Below are positions 47,422-56,369 of a stretch of DNA of 64,000 nt, piece by piece (within the stretch, counting starts at the first letter, position 1; every line of letters begins with the position of its first letter). The notes below the pieces were generated by a model. The model did not search any database, was not told where the DNA came from, and saw nothing but the letters and a program-made list of their open reading frames with translations. This DNA is from an uncultured Gammaproteobacteria bacterium (GTDB lineage: Bacteria > Patescibacteriota > Microgenomatia > UBA8517). The stretch covers positions 51,019-115,018 of the forward strand of contig CAZRGC010000001.1 in the NCBI GenBank assembly GCA_964599625.1. The letters are read 5' to 3'. The position numbers and the translations under genes are program-made.

Positions 47422-48180
47422 CTAGGGGGCCTGACTGGCAAAATATAAAAGAATGAATCTCAATGCGACATTGGCGCTTGCGTCTGCGGCTTCTTGATAA
47501 TGTGATTTATCTTTTTGGCCGTCGGCGTAGTCGCTGACTGATCTAACGGCAATAAACGGCGTGTTGAACGACTTGGAAATGTTTGCTATCCAAAATGTTT
47601 CCATATCAACAACGCTTGAACCGTGATCTGAACGGATTTTGGTGACGAGTTCCTCGTCTGAAACAAATTCGGGGGATGTAATTCCGTTGTCAGGGAAACT
47701 GACAGAGCTCGGAAAACCAGTATTGGTTAACCCCTTTGCAATGTTCAAAAGCGTTTCGTCTATTTGTATCCGCTGATCTGTGCCAAGATCGTACCAAGCC
47801 GTAGGAACAACTGTATTGCCAATTTCCAGATTGGGATCAATTCCACCCGCGATACCCGAAAACACCAACAGTTCCACATTAAAATTTTCTAATGTGTAGT
47901 TTGTGGATTGGGTTGCGTTTGTGGGACCGACACCTGTTTGGAAAATGACAATTTGGTATTTGTCCAAATTGGCCAAGGTGTAGACAATGCCGTTTGATGT
48001 GCACTGAGAAATCACGTCTACTCTGCTTTCGACCGCCAATGTTTCCATCCCAAATGCAGTGGCAACAAAAACATGTTTTGTGCCCTGAAACTCCGGGTAG
48101 CAGGTGTTGCCTGTTGTGGCGGGTGAGCATGCGCTTATCAAAAGCGCCAAACTGACTATGAAAAACGTGATCTTTTTCAA
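47422..48180 (-). CDS. Lipoprotein MTA/SAH nucleosidase (PNP_UDP family)
   Basis: Lipobox LISAC; TGVGPTNA, FSGIAGGI, VDMET, RSVSDYAD; TTG start with GAGG SD. Confidence 0.8.
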   Translation of the reverse strand: MKKITFFIVSLALLISACSPATTGNTCYPEFQGTKHVFVATAFGMETLAVESRVDVISQCTSNGIVYTLANLDKYQIVIFQTGVGPTNATQSTNYTLENFNVELLVFSGIAGGIDPNLEIGNTVVPTAWYDLGTDQRIQIDETLLNIAKGLTNTGFPSSVSFPDNGITSPEFVSDEELVTKIRSDHGSSVVDMETFWIANISKSFNTPFIAVRSVSDYADGQKDKSHYQEAADASANVALRFILLYFASQAP

Positions 48181-48212
48181 ATCAACCTCAATGTGCTAGC
48201 TGTCGAAGTATA

Positions 48213-48241
48213 ATGATAACACTTTTAGCCTCGAAAGTCAA
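48213..48241 (-). promoter_or_regulatory. Sigma70 promoter of the nucleosidase gene
   Basis: Minus strand TTGACT-17 bp-TATCAT. Confidence 0.6.
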
Positions 48242-48399
48242 GTACTATAGGTTTTAACCTGAAGTTCATGAGATACATTTACTACACAAACTCGTATCTC
48301 GCAAGCTACGCTTATAGGTTTTCACTTGGAATTCAATAAATATATTTTTAGCAAACTAAGTTTGCTTGAATCGGCCTGTAGTAGTGTTAAAATACAGCC

Positions 48400-48927
48400 A
48401 TGACAGAAAAAAACGACAAGGGGACTGGTGGTGCCAATGCAGTCGAATATAGAAGGTTTTTGGATGAAGGAAAACTTCCTGCTTCGATACTTTTTTACTT
48501 TGCAGACGACAGGGAAAAAGCGGCGATGGAGCTTGTGGAGATGGCCAAAGCACAAAAAATAAATGTTGTTACGTCCAGAGAGTTGGACTTTAGGGTTATT
48601 GCCGATGAATCTGATAGAAATTTGATTAGGGAGAAAATCGGTGAGATTTTAATTTTTCCATCTAAAGGACTTTTGGAACACGGAGACGCTGCCAAGTTCT
48701 TGTATGGAAAAAACGGCTTTTACGGAAGAGATGGTATTGCTCGGGCAATGTTTGTTTTTGCAACAAGAGAAGATGCAGAGTCTGTTGGAATATTTGCAGG
48801 AGATCCGCTAGGCTTCCAACTTTCAGGTAAGCCTATTCAAGCAGGTGAAATGGATCTTCCGGGAATAGAGGTGTTTCCAAGGTGGCTGAAAATGGTCAAA
48901 GAAAGAAACCTTAAGGTAGTTTCTTAA
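48400..48927 (+). CDS. Hypothetical protein
   Basis: 175 aa ORF preceded by TAAAAT 6 nt before the ATG. Confidence 0.6.
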   Translation: MTEKNDKGTGGANAVEYRRFLDEGKLPASILFYFADDREKAAMELVEMAKAQKINVVTSRELDFRVIADESDRNLIREKIGEILIFPSKGLLEHGDAAKFLYGKNGFYGRDGIARAMFVFATREDAESVGIFAGDPLGFQLSGKPIQAGEMDLPGIEVFPRWLKMVKERNLKVVS

Positions 48928-49439
48928 GAGAGAAATCTTTCTAGTTTATTTAATGCCTCAAAAAAGTCTTCTTTGTTGTCCAAATCTAGCCTAGCTTCTG
49001 TGATGTCATTTTTTTTGAGTGTTATTCTGTCCGAACTGGGTGAAACTATAAGATAGTTCATGTGAACCTCGCGCGGTTTATCCATTCCCGCCAAAAATTT
49101 GCCAAATTGTTCTTCCTCTTGGCCGTATTTTTGCAGGTTGAAGTCGGGTAATATTACGATTGTTATACCTTTAGTTTCTGACAAGGTGAACCCTTCCCCC
49201 GAAGCCTCTTGTCCGGGCAAAAGAAAATCAAACAGGCCGTTTGCTTCTGCCACACTCAGGCCATCTTCGTGGCTGTTTAGGGCATTTGCCAATTCCTGCC
49301 CCTTTCCCATATCTTTTTCTAGACTTAGGATCAAAACTTTCTGTTTGTAAGCCTTTATTTTTTCGGCAATGACTGGGCTTTTTCGCATTGCATCTGCAAA
49401 CGCTGTCACTACCAAAGACTCTCTGGTTTCTTTTTCCAT
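48924..49439 (-). CDS. Hypothetical protein
   Basis: 171 aa ORF convergent with 48400-48927. Confidence 0.6.
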   Translation of the reverse strand: MEKETRESLVVTAFADAMRKSPVIAEKIKAYKQKVLILSLEKDMGKGQELANALNSHEDGLSVAEANGLFDFLLPGQEASGEGFTLSETKGITIVILPDFNLQKYGQEEEQFGKFLAGMDKPREVHMNYLIVSPSSDRITLKKNDITEARLDLDNKEDFFEALNKLERFLS

Positions 49440-49499
49440 TGAGCGATTTTACACCCTACCCTGTAAATGGTGCAAAAAAGATGTTAGTATCTTTTTTGT

Positions 49500-50066
49500 A
49501 TGGAAGGGGAACAACCGTCTCAGACACCTCAGACTAACGATTTTTCGGAAAACAAAATGAACTTGGTTGCTGTTGCCGCTGCAGTGCTTTTGGTTGCGGT
49601 TGGTTTCTTCTTTTTTACACGAATGAGTGGAAAAACTTCCCAAAGTATGTCCTATACAAATCCCACACCTGAGTCTACAATAGAACCTTCGGCCGGGGTA
49701 AGCCCGACCAATGTTCCGCTAACAGCAAAAACAACAATGGACAATAAACTTGCTATCGAAGACCAAAAGGTTGGGACGGGTGACGAAGCCACTGCCGGCA
49801 AAAAGATTACTGTTAACTATAAAGGTACTCTTACAGATGGCACCAAATTTGACAGCTCATACGATCACGGAACTCCTTTTTCGTTTGTTTTGGGATCGGG
49901 ACAGGTTATCCAGGGTTGGGATCAGGGGTTTAGCGGAATGAAAGTCGGAGGAAAAAGAAAACTCACAATTCCGCCTTCAATGGGGTATGGTGACAGGGGT
50001 GTTCCCGGAGCAATACCCGGCGGAGCAACTCTTATCTTCGAAGTAGAGCTTCTTAAAGTCGAGTAA
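49500..50066 (+). CDS. FKBP-type peptidyl-prolyl isomerase, membrane anchored
   Basis: TM helix then [48 protein letters not shown]. Confidence 0.95.
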   Translation: MEGEQPSQTPQTNDFSENKMNLVAVAAAVLLVAVGFFFFTRMSGKTSQSMSYTNPTPESTIEPSAGVSPTNVPLTAKTTMDNKLAIEDQKVGTGDEATAGKKITVNYKGTLTDGTKFDSSYDHGTPFSFVLGSGQVIQGWDQGFSGMKVGGKRKLTIPPSMGYGDRGVPGAIPGGATLIFEVELLKVE

Positions 50067-50133
50067 TCCTGTAGTTTGCAAACACTGCTTTGTTTTTGTA
50101 CAATCTCAACGATGAGTTTAGAATGGAGTCAAG

Positions 50134-50649
50134 ATGAGTTCCTTAAAGTACAAAAATGTGTTGGGACTACTGTTCGCGGTTGTCGTGTCCGGTTCAATTC
50201 TTTTGTTCCGTGATCAGATTGCACAGCTTTCGGGATTGGGTTATATCGGACTCTTTCTCATTAACGTATTTGGCAGTGCAACACTTTTTTTGCCCACTCC
50301 GCTTTTTCTCACAACTGTAGCCGCAGCGGCTGTTTTGAACCCGTTCTGGGTAACAGTAATAGCTGCCGGTGGTTCGACAATTGGAGAACTCACAGGATAT
50401 GTTGCAGGCAAAAGCGGTTCGGGTTATGTTTCGGGACACGCAGAAAAAGTAACCGGATGGATGGAAAAGTACGGCGCTTTTGCACTGATTCTACTGGCTG
50501 CAATACCAAATCCGCTCTTTGATGTTGCCGGTATTGTTGCGGGTGCAACCAACGTTCCTGTGTGGAAGTATCTTGTTGCACTTTTTATCGGCAAACTTAT
50601 AAAGTTCGGAGTGCTTGCTTTCTTTGGTTTTCAGACAATTAGACTTTAG
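50134..50649 (+). CDS. DedA/VTT (SNARE-associated) membrane protein
   Basis: LPTP, GSTIGELTGY.AG, IPNPLFDVAGIVAG, GKLIK. Confidence 0.85.
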   Translation: MSSLKYKNVLGLLFAVVVSGSILLFRDQIAQLSGLGYIGLFLINVFGSATLFLPTPLFLTTVAAAAVLNPFWVTVIAAGGSTIGELTGYVAGKSGSGYVSGHAEKVTGWMEKYGAFALILLAAIPNPLFDVAGIVAGATNVPVWKYLVALFIGKLIKFGVLAFFGFQTIRL

Positions 50650-50655
50650 GCAACT

Positions 50656-50689
50656 GGCCTGCATCAAAATATGGATGCAGGCCTTTTTT
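50656..50689 (+). terminator. Intrinsic terminator
   Basis: GGCCTGCATC-loop-GATGCAGGCC followed by TTTTTT. Confidence 0.85.
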
Positions 50690-50752
50690 GTGATTAATGT
50701 TGCAAAGATTATTTTCTAAGATAATAATGTCTGAAAGGAGGTGAATTTTTTT

Positions 50753-51166
50753 ATGATTAATTTATCAACAAATTGGCCGGCGGTATTGGCAGCTGCGGGT
50801 GCGTCTATTATTTTGGGATTCTTGTGGTACTCGAAAGCGTTGTTTGGGCAGGAATGGGCCGAACTTACCAAGATTTCTCTTAGTGAAATGAGACCCAAAA
50901 AGGGAGCGATTCAAATGTACCTAGTTGGTACTTTGAGCGCACTGATTACCGCCTTTGTGCTTAAGCAATTTATAGATCTTTTCTATATTGTTAACATTAT
51001 GGACGGGTTGCAGTTGGCTTTTTGGATCTGGTTTGGGTTTGTAACAACTGTTTTGGTAACGGGTGTTTTATACATGAAACAGTCCTGGAAACTTTTTATC
51101 ATTAATGCCGGATACCAGTTAGCCAGCCTTATGGTAATGGCTGCAATTTTTGCCTACTGGCAATAA
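50753..51166 (+). CDS. DUF1761-family membrane protein
   Basis: NWPAVL.A...ILGFLWYS..LFG..W, W.GF, LFIINAGY.L. Confidence 0.85.
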   Translation: MINLSTNWPAVLAAAGASIILGFLWYSKALFGQEWAELTKISLSEMRPKKGAIQMYLVGTLSALITAFVLKQFIDLFYIVNIMDGLQLAFWIWFGFVTTVLVTGVLYMKQSWKLFIINAGYQLASLMVMAAIFAYWQ

Positions 51167-51175
51167 GTTATAACA

Positions 51176-51754
51176 ATGGGGAAATTTCTGCTCGGTACTG
51201 TCGCACTCTTGCTTTTTGCGGGGGCTATATGGCTGTTTGCTTCTAACAAAAACGGATTAGAATTCTCTTCTGGTGGCATAAGCATTGGGCGAGCCACCAT
51301 GTCTTTTGGCAGCCAGGATTTTAAAAACGGCGGTGAAATTCCAATTAAGTTTACTTGCGATGGTGAGAATGCAATTCCACCAATGAATATAGATAGAACC
51401 CCTGGGGATGCAAAAAGCTTGGCTGTGATAATTGAAGATTTGGACACAAACCCTAAAGGGTTTACACATTGGATTTTATACAATATTGATCCTTCAAGGC
51501 AAAATATTGAATATGCCAAAACTCCCGAAGAAGCAGATAGCGGCCGAAACGATTTTGGCAACATTGGATACGGCGGTCCATGCCCTCCACAAAGCGAACC
51601 TCACACATATCATTTCAAGATTTATGCCCTGGACACAAAACTGGAGATTGCAGGAAACGCAACCAGGGCAGAGTTGGAAAACGCCCTAGAGGGACATGTT
51701 GTCGCGCAGGGTCAATTCAAGGGAACATATACAAACCGCTACGCCAGTAGGTGA
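51176..51754 (+). CDS. YbhB/YbcL (PEBP/RKIP-like) protein
   Basis: IP..FTCDG, SLAVIIED.D, FTHW, NDFG..GYGGPCPP, H.Y.F..YALD. Confidence 0.92.
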   Translation: MGKFLLGTVALLLFAGAIWLFASNKNGLEFSSGGISIGRATMSFGSQDFKNGGEIPIKFTCDGENAIPPMNIDRTPGDAKSLAVIIEDLDTNPKGFTHWILYNIDPSRQNIEYAKTPEEADSGRNDFGNIGYGGPCPPQSEPHTYHFKIYALDTKLEIAGNATRAELENALEGHVVAQGQFKGTYTNRYASR

Positions 51755-51794
51755 TGTAATACGCCAGCAGGTGATGTAATACGCCAGTAGGTGA
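51740..51794 (+). repeat. 20 bp tandem repeat, 2.75 copies
   Basis: TACGCCAGTAGGTGATGTAA / TACGCCAGCAGGTGATGTAA / TACGCCAGTAGGTGA. Confidence 0.9.
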
Positions 51795-51814
51795 GGTGGT
51801 GATACAATTCTTCC

Positions 51815-52918
51815 GTGAGAAAAAAGTTTTTTAGATACAAAAAGGGGAATCTTCCATTGCCGGTATTTTTTCCGGACGCTACTCGAGCGGTTCTAAAATG
51901 TCTTGATTCAAACGATATTCAAAGTACAAAAACCAAAGGCATTCTTGTGAATACTTATCATTTGTGGCAAGGCCTTCCACAAAAAGTTCTTGCGGAGTTT
52001 GGTGGGGTCCGGGAGTTTATGAACTTTGACGGGGCTGTAATATCCGACTCGGGAGGGTTTCAGGTGATGTCTGTAATTAAAAAAGGCGTGGTTAAGGGCA
52101 AAGTCAAAGATGAAGGTGTAGTGCTTTACCCGGGTAAAAATAGAAAATTGGTGTTTAGTCCCGAAGACTCAATTGAATATCAGATGCGATTGAACACTGA
52201 CATGGTAGTGGTACTGGATGATTTTACGGAACCTGCCTCAAGTGAAAAAAATGCAAAAGAAACAGTAGAAAGGACAATCTTGTGGGCCAAAAGATCCAAA
52301 GAAAGATTCGAAAAACTTTGTAGGTCCAAAGGCTTAACTGAGGCTGGTCGACCATACCTATTGGGAGTGGTACAGGGTGGAGAGTTCCCTGATCTTCGAA
52401 CTCATTGTGCCAAAGAGCTTGCGAAAATAGGCTTCGACGGCTTTGGGTGGGGCGGCTGGCCTATTGATAAAGACGGAAACCTGGATGTGGCAAGTGCAAA
52501 AATAATCGCCGAAAACGCCCCGGAAGATTATCTGCTTTATGGACTTGGAGTTGGAAAGCCGGATGACATAGTTCGGAGTGTGGACTTGGGTTTTGGGATT
52601 TTTGATTGTGTTTTGCCTACACGCGATGGCAGACATGGAAGGCTGTATGTTTACAATGCTCAAACTCTGAAAGACATAAATGTTGAAGTTTCTGACTTCT
52701 ATAGTTTTTATGATGCCAAAAAAGAAAAGCACCTTACAGACAAATCCCCAATAAGCACCGCGTGTGATTGTTTGCTTTGTAAAAATTATTCGAGAGGTTA
52801 CCTTTCTCATTTGTTTAAAATTGGAGACACTTCTGCGATGAGATTGGCCTCAATTCACAACCTTCGTTTTTATTCTATTCTGGTAGAAAAATTGCAGGCA
52901 CGCTTTGAGAGGGGTTGA
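51815..52918 (+). CDS. tgt: tRNA-guanine transglycosylase
   Basis: NTYHL, SDSGGFQV, GVVQGG, GVGKP, FDCVLPTR.GRHG, CDCLLC and HNL zinc site. Confidence 0.9.
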   Translation: MRKKFFRYKKGNLPLPVFFPDATRAVLKCLDSNDIQSTKTKGILVNTYHLWQGLPQKVLAEFGGVREFMNFDGAVISDSGGFQVMSVIKKGVVKGKVKDEGVVLYPGKNRKLVFSPEDSIEYQMRLNTDMVVVLDDFTEPASSEKNAKETVERTILWAKRSKERFEKLCRSKGLTEAGRPYLLGVVQGGEFPDLRTHCAKELAKIGFDGFGWGGWPIDKDGNLDVASAKIIAENAPEDYLLYGLGVGKPDDIVRSVDLGFGIFDCVLPTRDGRHGRLYVYNAQTLKDINVEVSDFYSFYDAKKEKHLTDKSPISTACDCLLCKNYSRGYLSHLFKIGDTSAMRLASIHNLRFYSILVEKLQARFERG

Positions 52919-52972
52919 CAATTATAATTCCTTACATATATACTGACGCACTTGTAAGCCTGGACAGAAAAA

Positions 52973-53638
52973 ATGGAAGAAAATCAAAATACCGAAACTC
53001 AAGAAACCTTGAATCCTCAGCAAGGAAGCGGTGTGTCTTTCCCTTCACTTAACCCCGAACCCAAAAAATCCAGTGGTCCCAAGACTTTTCTTATAATTGG
53101 AATTTTGATTCTTGTTGCCATTCTTGGCTTTGTGATTTACAAAAGTGCGACAGGAAAATCGGGAGACGAGACACCCGATCCGACACCTTTTGACAACCTA
53201 ACAACAAGCGATGTTCCCTCCAGTTTGCCCACATCAACACCCACACCAACACCGGTTGGAACACCAAAGGCCACTATTGATAAATCCAAGATAACAATTG
53301 AAATTCAAAACGGAACCGGAGTTCCTGGAGATGCAGGTTATTTGCAAACCCAGCTTAAAAATTTGGGTTATACAAACGCCAAAGCCGGAAACGCATCTGA
53401 ACAAGATGCCACTTCTACAACCGTAACTTTTTCTACAAAACTTGATTCCACAATAGTTGCAGAGATAACACAAAAACTGAATTCACTTTACGTGACTGTA
53501 AATACAAAAACATCTTCTTCGCAGACATCCGATGTCTTGGTTGTTACAGGGCCCAGAAAAGGTGCGGCTACTGCTACTCCTAGAGCAACATCTACACCAA
53601 CTCCTACCGGCACACCAAAGCCAACCGCAACTCCTTGA
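52973..53638 (+). CDS. Membrane protein with LytR C-terminal domain and Pro/Thr-rich linkers
   Basis: TM helix; IEIQNGTGVPG.A, L...GY....GNA, DVLVVTG. Confidence 0.8.
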   Translation: MEENQNTETQETLNPQQGSGVSFPSLNPEPKKSSGPKTFLIIGILILVAILGFVIYKSATGKSGDETPDPTPFDNLTTSDVPSSLPTSTPTPTPVGTPKATIDKSKITIEIQNGTGVPGDAGYLQTQLKNLGYTNAKAGNASEQDATSTTVTFSTKLDSTIVAEITQKLNSLYVTVNTKTSSSQTSDVLVVTGPRKGAATATPRATSTPTPTGTPKPTATP

Positions 53639-53665
53639 GTTTCCCCTGTGCTAGAATAATTTTTG

Positions 53666-54121
53666 ATGGAGCTTTTGTATGAACTTCTGGCTAAAACAGT
53701 CGATGTGAATTTTTGGGGAAAAGTAATCCCTGTTCCTTATATTGAAGTCAGTGTTATTCTGGTTCTACTTTTCCTTCTGGTTTTGACAATGGCACAGTAT
53801 CGCCATCACACAGTTCACTATTCATTTAAAGGTGCCGGTTTTGGGATACTTTTTGGTTTTATGTTGGCACTCACATTGGAAGGGTTTTTGTTGGTAAAGG
53901 GTTCCACTGCGATAACAGCACTTTTAGGCTGGAAGAATGCCCCCAAACCCTTGAGCGTGGCATTGGATTCAGGAAGAAACAAGCTAACAGAAGTTTTGGG
54001 AATACAGGATGCGGCAAACTCAATTGTCAAAGCAAGTGTTCCACAGGAGGCGATAAAAGTTTTTCAGAGCTTGACCCCCCAAGACAGGGAAAAAATAAAG
54101 AGCTTGATTTGTGCTCCATAG
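53666..54121 (+). CDS. Hypothetical membrane protein
   Basis: Two hydrophobic segments. Confidence 0.6.
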   Translation: MELLYELLAKTVDVNFWGKVIPVPYIEVSVILVLLFLLVLTMAQYRHHTVHYSFKGAGFGILFGFMLALTLEGFLLVKGSTAITALLGWKNAPKPLSVALDSGRNKLTEVLGIQDAANSIVKASVPQEAIKVFQSLTPQDREKIKSLICAP

Positions 54122-54159
54122 TTCATAAAATGTAAACCTTAGGTTGTAGACCTATAATC

Positions 54160-54188
54160 TTGACTTTTGTACAAAAGTAGTGTACCAT
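54160..54188 (+). promoter_or_regulatory. Sigma70 promoter containing a perfect 16 bp palindrome
   Basis: TTGACT-17 bp-TACCAT; ACTTTTGTACAAAAGT at 54163-54178. Confidence 0.6.
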
Positions 54189-54197
54189 TGCCCCTGA

Positions 54198-54359
54198 GTT
54201 AGGTCTTTGTCCTTTTTTGGGAAATTAAGCCCTAACTTTCTTTTTGTTTGTACATTAACAAACCAAGAATATACAAAATTATTGATTTATCTCCGGTTGG
54301 TGCCGATGAAAGAGACATTCTGCCAAGTTGGTAGACAGTTTCTTTAAGTCGGTATCAAC
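54198..54359 (+). promoter_or_regulatory. Structured 5' leader (terminator-like hairpin, boxA-like motif, long hairpin)
   Basis: AGTTAGG/CCTAACT stem plus T-run; TGTACATTAACA (54249-54260); GTTGGTGCCGA...TCGGTATCAAC long G-U-containing stem just before SD AAGGAG. Confidence 0.45.
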
Positions 54360-54380
54360 TATTTTGAAAGGAGACCGCTT

Positions 54381-56345
54381 ATGATTCAAAAAAGGCGGTT
54401 TGCGTTTGGAATCCTCCTGGTGGTTCTTGCTTTGAGTACGCTGGCATGCGGATTATTCTCCCCGCCGGCACCTCAGGTTCCACCCCCAGTGGCAGGCGCC
54501 AACACCGCAAACCAACAGCACTACAGTGTGCAGGAGCTCTATACTGAGGCTCAGCAAATCGCTGAGACAAATGTGGAGAGTCGAATGCACTCCCGTGCCT
54601 GGCTTTGGTTTTTCGCACTGGCAATTTTCGTGTTCGCGGGCGGAGTTTTTCTGGGTCTCGATTCTGCCGGGTTGTGGTCTGTCGCATTAATTGTGGCAAT
54701 CCTCCTCGGTTCTTTCGGAGCCTTTGTTAATAACGCCCAAATCCCCGGCAAAGTCGATGAAGTCGGCCATCAGTTGGCAGACCAAGCGATCACCCAGGGT
54801 GTGGATTTGGCTCAGCGAGCTCAAGCCACAAATTACCAGTACATACATGCCGTTGTTTCGCAAATCGGCATGGAGATTCAAAACTGCGAACGCACCGTCA
54901 ACCATCGTGACTTCTGCTCGAGTGAAACGCCGTACTACACCAACCGCGACATCAATTCGCATCAAGTGTGTACAACCTCCACTGACGCTGACGGGAAAAC
55001 AACCGAAAGCTGTCATGAAGAGCATGATGAGGAATACACTCCATGGTTCACCCATGTTGTGCGCTACTACATTATTCCTGACACGCGCGCAAAATACTTG
55101 AGCGAACAGATATATCACCAGCTCTGTCTGGCGGATTCTGGCGCTTTCGAACCCTGCGCGAAGGACGAGTACGGTGTGATCAGCGATAAGCGTAAACCTG
55201 TTGTCTATGCAAACACGGACTGGCGCGCGCCGCAAGATGCCATGAACCATCTCTATTGTGAGACTGGTATCTTCGGCACATCCTGCGAACGCCCCGGCTC
55301 GTACAACGAGCACGTCCCAGATGCTTATACAATGGTGAAAAATGCCAAGGAAAATGGCGGCCCTGTTGTTGACGCGACCTTCATCGGTCCGTACTTTAAC
55401 TGGGGCTTCGCGGCCGACAGTCCTTTGTACGATGTGTACGATGGGGATTACAACACCCTCAGATCACTCGTCAACCTGCCTGGCCCAAGTGGTGTAGCCT
55501 ACACCATTACAGACTCCTACGGCAAACCCGCGACACTTCCCACCTCACTGGTGGCAACCGATGGCGACCTCGCGATTGGGTTCAACCCCATCACTGTCAT
55601 TGGTTCGTGTGTCAGCCCTGATCAAATTCAGGGATATGCGGAATACGCGATGCAAGTTCAAGGCGACTTCGGCCCCACAAAACAGGGATCACTTCGGTGG
55701 TTCTTGGTGTGTGATTCAGTCGTTCAGCAACTCGGCGGAATGCCATATACCGTTTCGGCGGTGAAGGCTTACCTTCGTGATGCTGGTGTATGGTCGTTGT
55801 TCTCAATGCCCAAAAACCTGGTCTTTGCAATCGCTTCCATCAGCGACGATGGCACGCGCATTACCGGCCGCGGTCTGGAAACAGGCATGCCCGCCGGCAA
55901 TACTCTGGTTATCCAGCGCGTGAATGCTTCGATCCCTGCAGGTGAAAGTCTGCCGTTGACCAAGGAAAACCTCTTTGGAACATTCACGGCAAACTATAAT
56001 CCCTCACAGGGCGACAAGTTCACTTACCAGTTTTCGGACCTGACTCAGGCTGGCTCGGTTATCGGACTTCTCTACGAGAAGGACCCCAACTACACCCCGC
56101 CCGATCCCAGCGATCCGTCTTGTACTGGTGCCAAAGCCGACCATGTCGGATTCGTGCGTTACAGCACATGTAATACCGATTACCTCAAAACCACCATCGA
56201 GGTGAACGAGGACGGCCGGTTCTTGATCATGAATACGGTGACCCAGGGCGCAATCGCTTCCACACCAGTCTTTGGTGCTTGGATGGTTTTGCTTTTGGCC
56301 ATCGGCGCGTTGTTTTTCGCTGCTTACGCGCGCAGCAATATGTAA
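54381..56345 (+). CDS. Cys-rich membrane lipoprotein, remotely TPM-like
   Basis: Lipobox LACG, two TM, large Cys-rich extracytoplasmic region, FGPTKQG..FLV and PKNLVFAI segments, C-terminal TM. Confidence 0.6.
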   Translation: MIQKRRFAFGILLVVLALSTLACGLFSPPAPQVPPPVAGANTANQQHYSVQELYTEAQQIAETNVESRMHSRAWLWFFALAIFVFAGGVFLGLDSAGLWSVALIVAILLGSFGAFVNNAQIPGKVDEVGHQLADQAITQGVDLAQRAQATNYQYIHAVVSQIGMEIQNCERTVNHRDFCSSETPYYTNRDINSHQVCTTSTDADGKTTESCHEEHDEEYTPWFTHVVRYYIIPDTRAKYLSEQIYHQLCLADSGAFEPCAKDEYGVISDKRKPVVYANTDWRAPQDAMNHLYCETGIFGTSCERPGSYNEHVPDAYTMVKNAKENGGPVVDATFIGPYFNWGFAADSPLYDVYDGDYNTLRSLVNLPGPSGVAYTITDSYGKPATLPTSLVATDGDLAIGFNPITVIGSCVSPDQIQGYAEYAMQVQGDFGPTKQGSLRWFLVCDSVVQQLGGMPYTVSAVKAYLRDAGVWSLFSMPKNLVFAIASISDDGTRITGRGLETGMPAGNTLVIQRVNASIPAGESLPLTKENLFGTFTANYNPSQGDKFTYQFSDLTQAGSVIGLLYEKDPNYTPPDPSDPSCTGAKADHVGFVRYSTCNTDYLKTTIEVNEDGRFLIMNTVTQGAIASTPVFGAWMVLLLAIGALFFAAYARSNM

Positions 56346-56369
56346 GCATTACTCTCAAGGAGAAAATCA

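Noticed and set aside
51740-51794. Possible mini-CRISPR array
   Set aside because: Units are contiguous with no unique spacers, and there are no cas genes.
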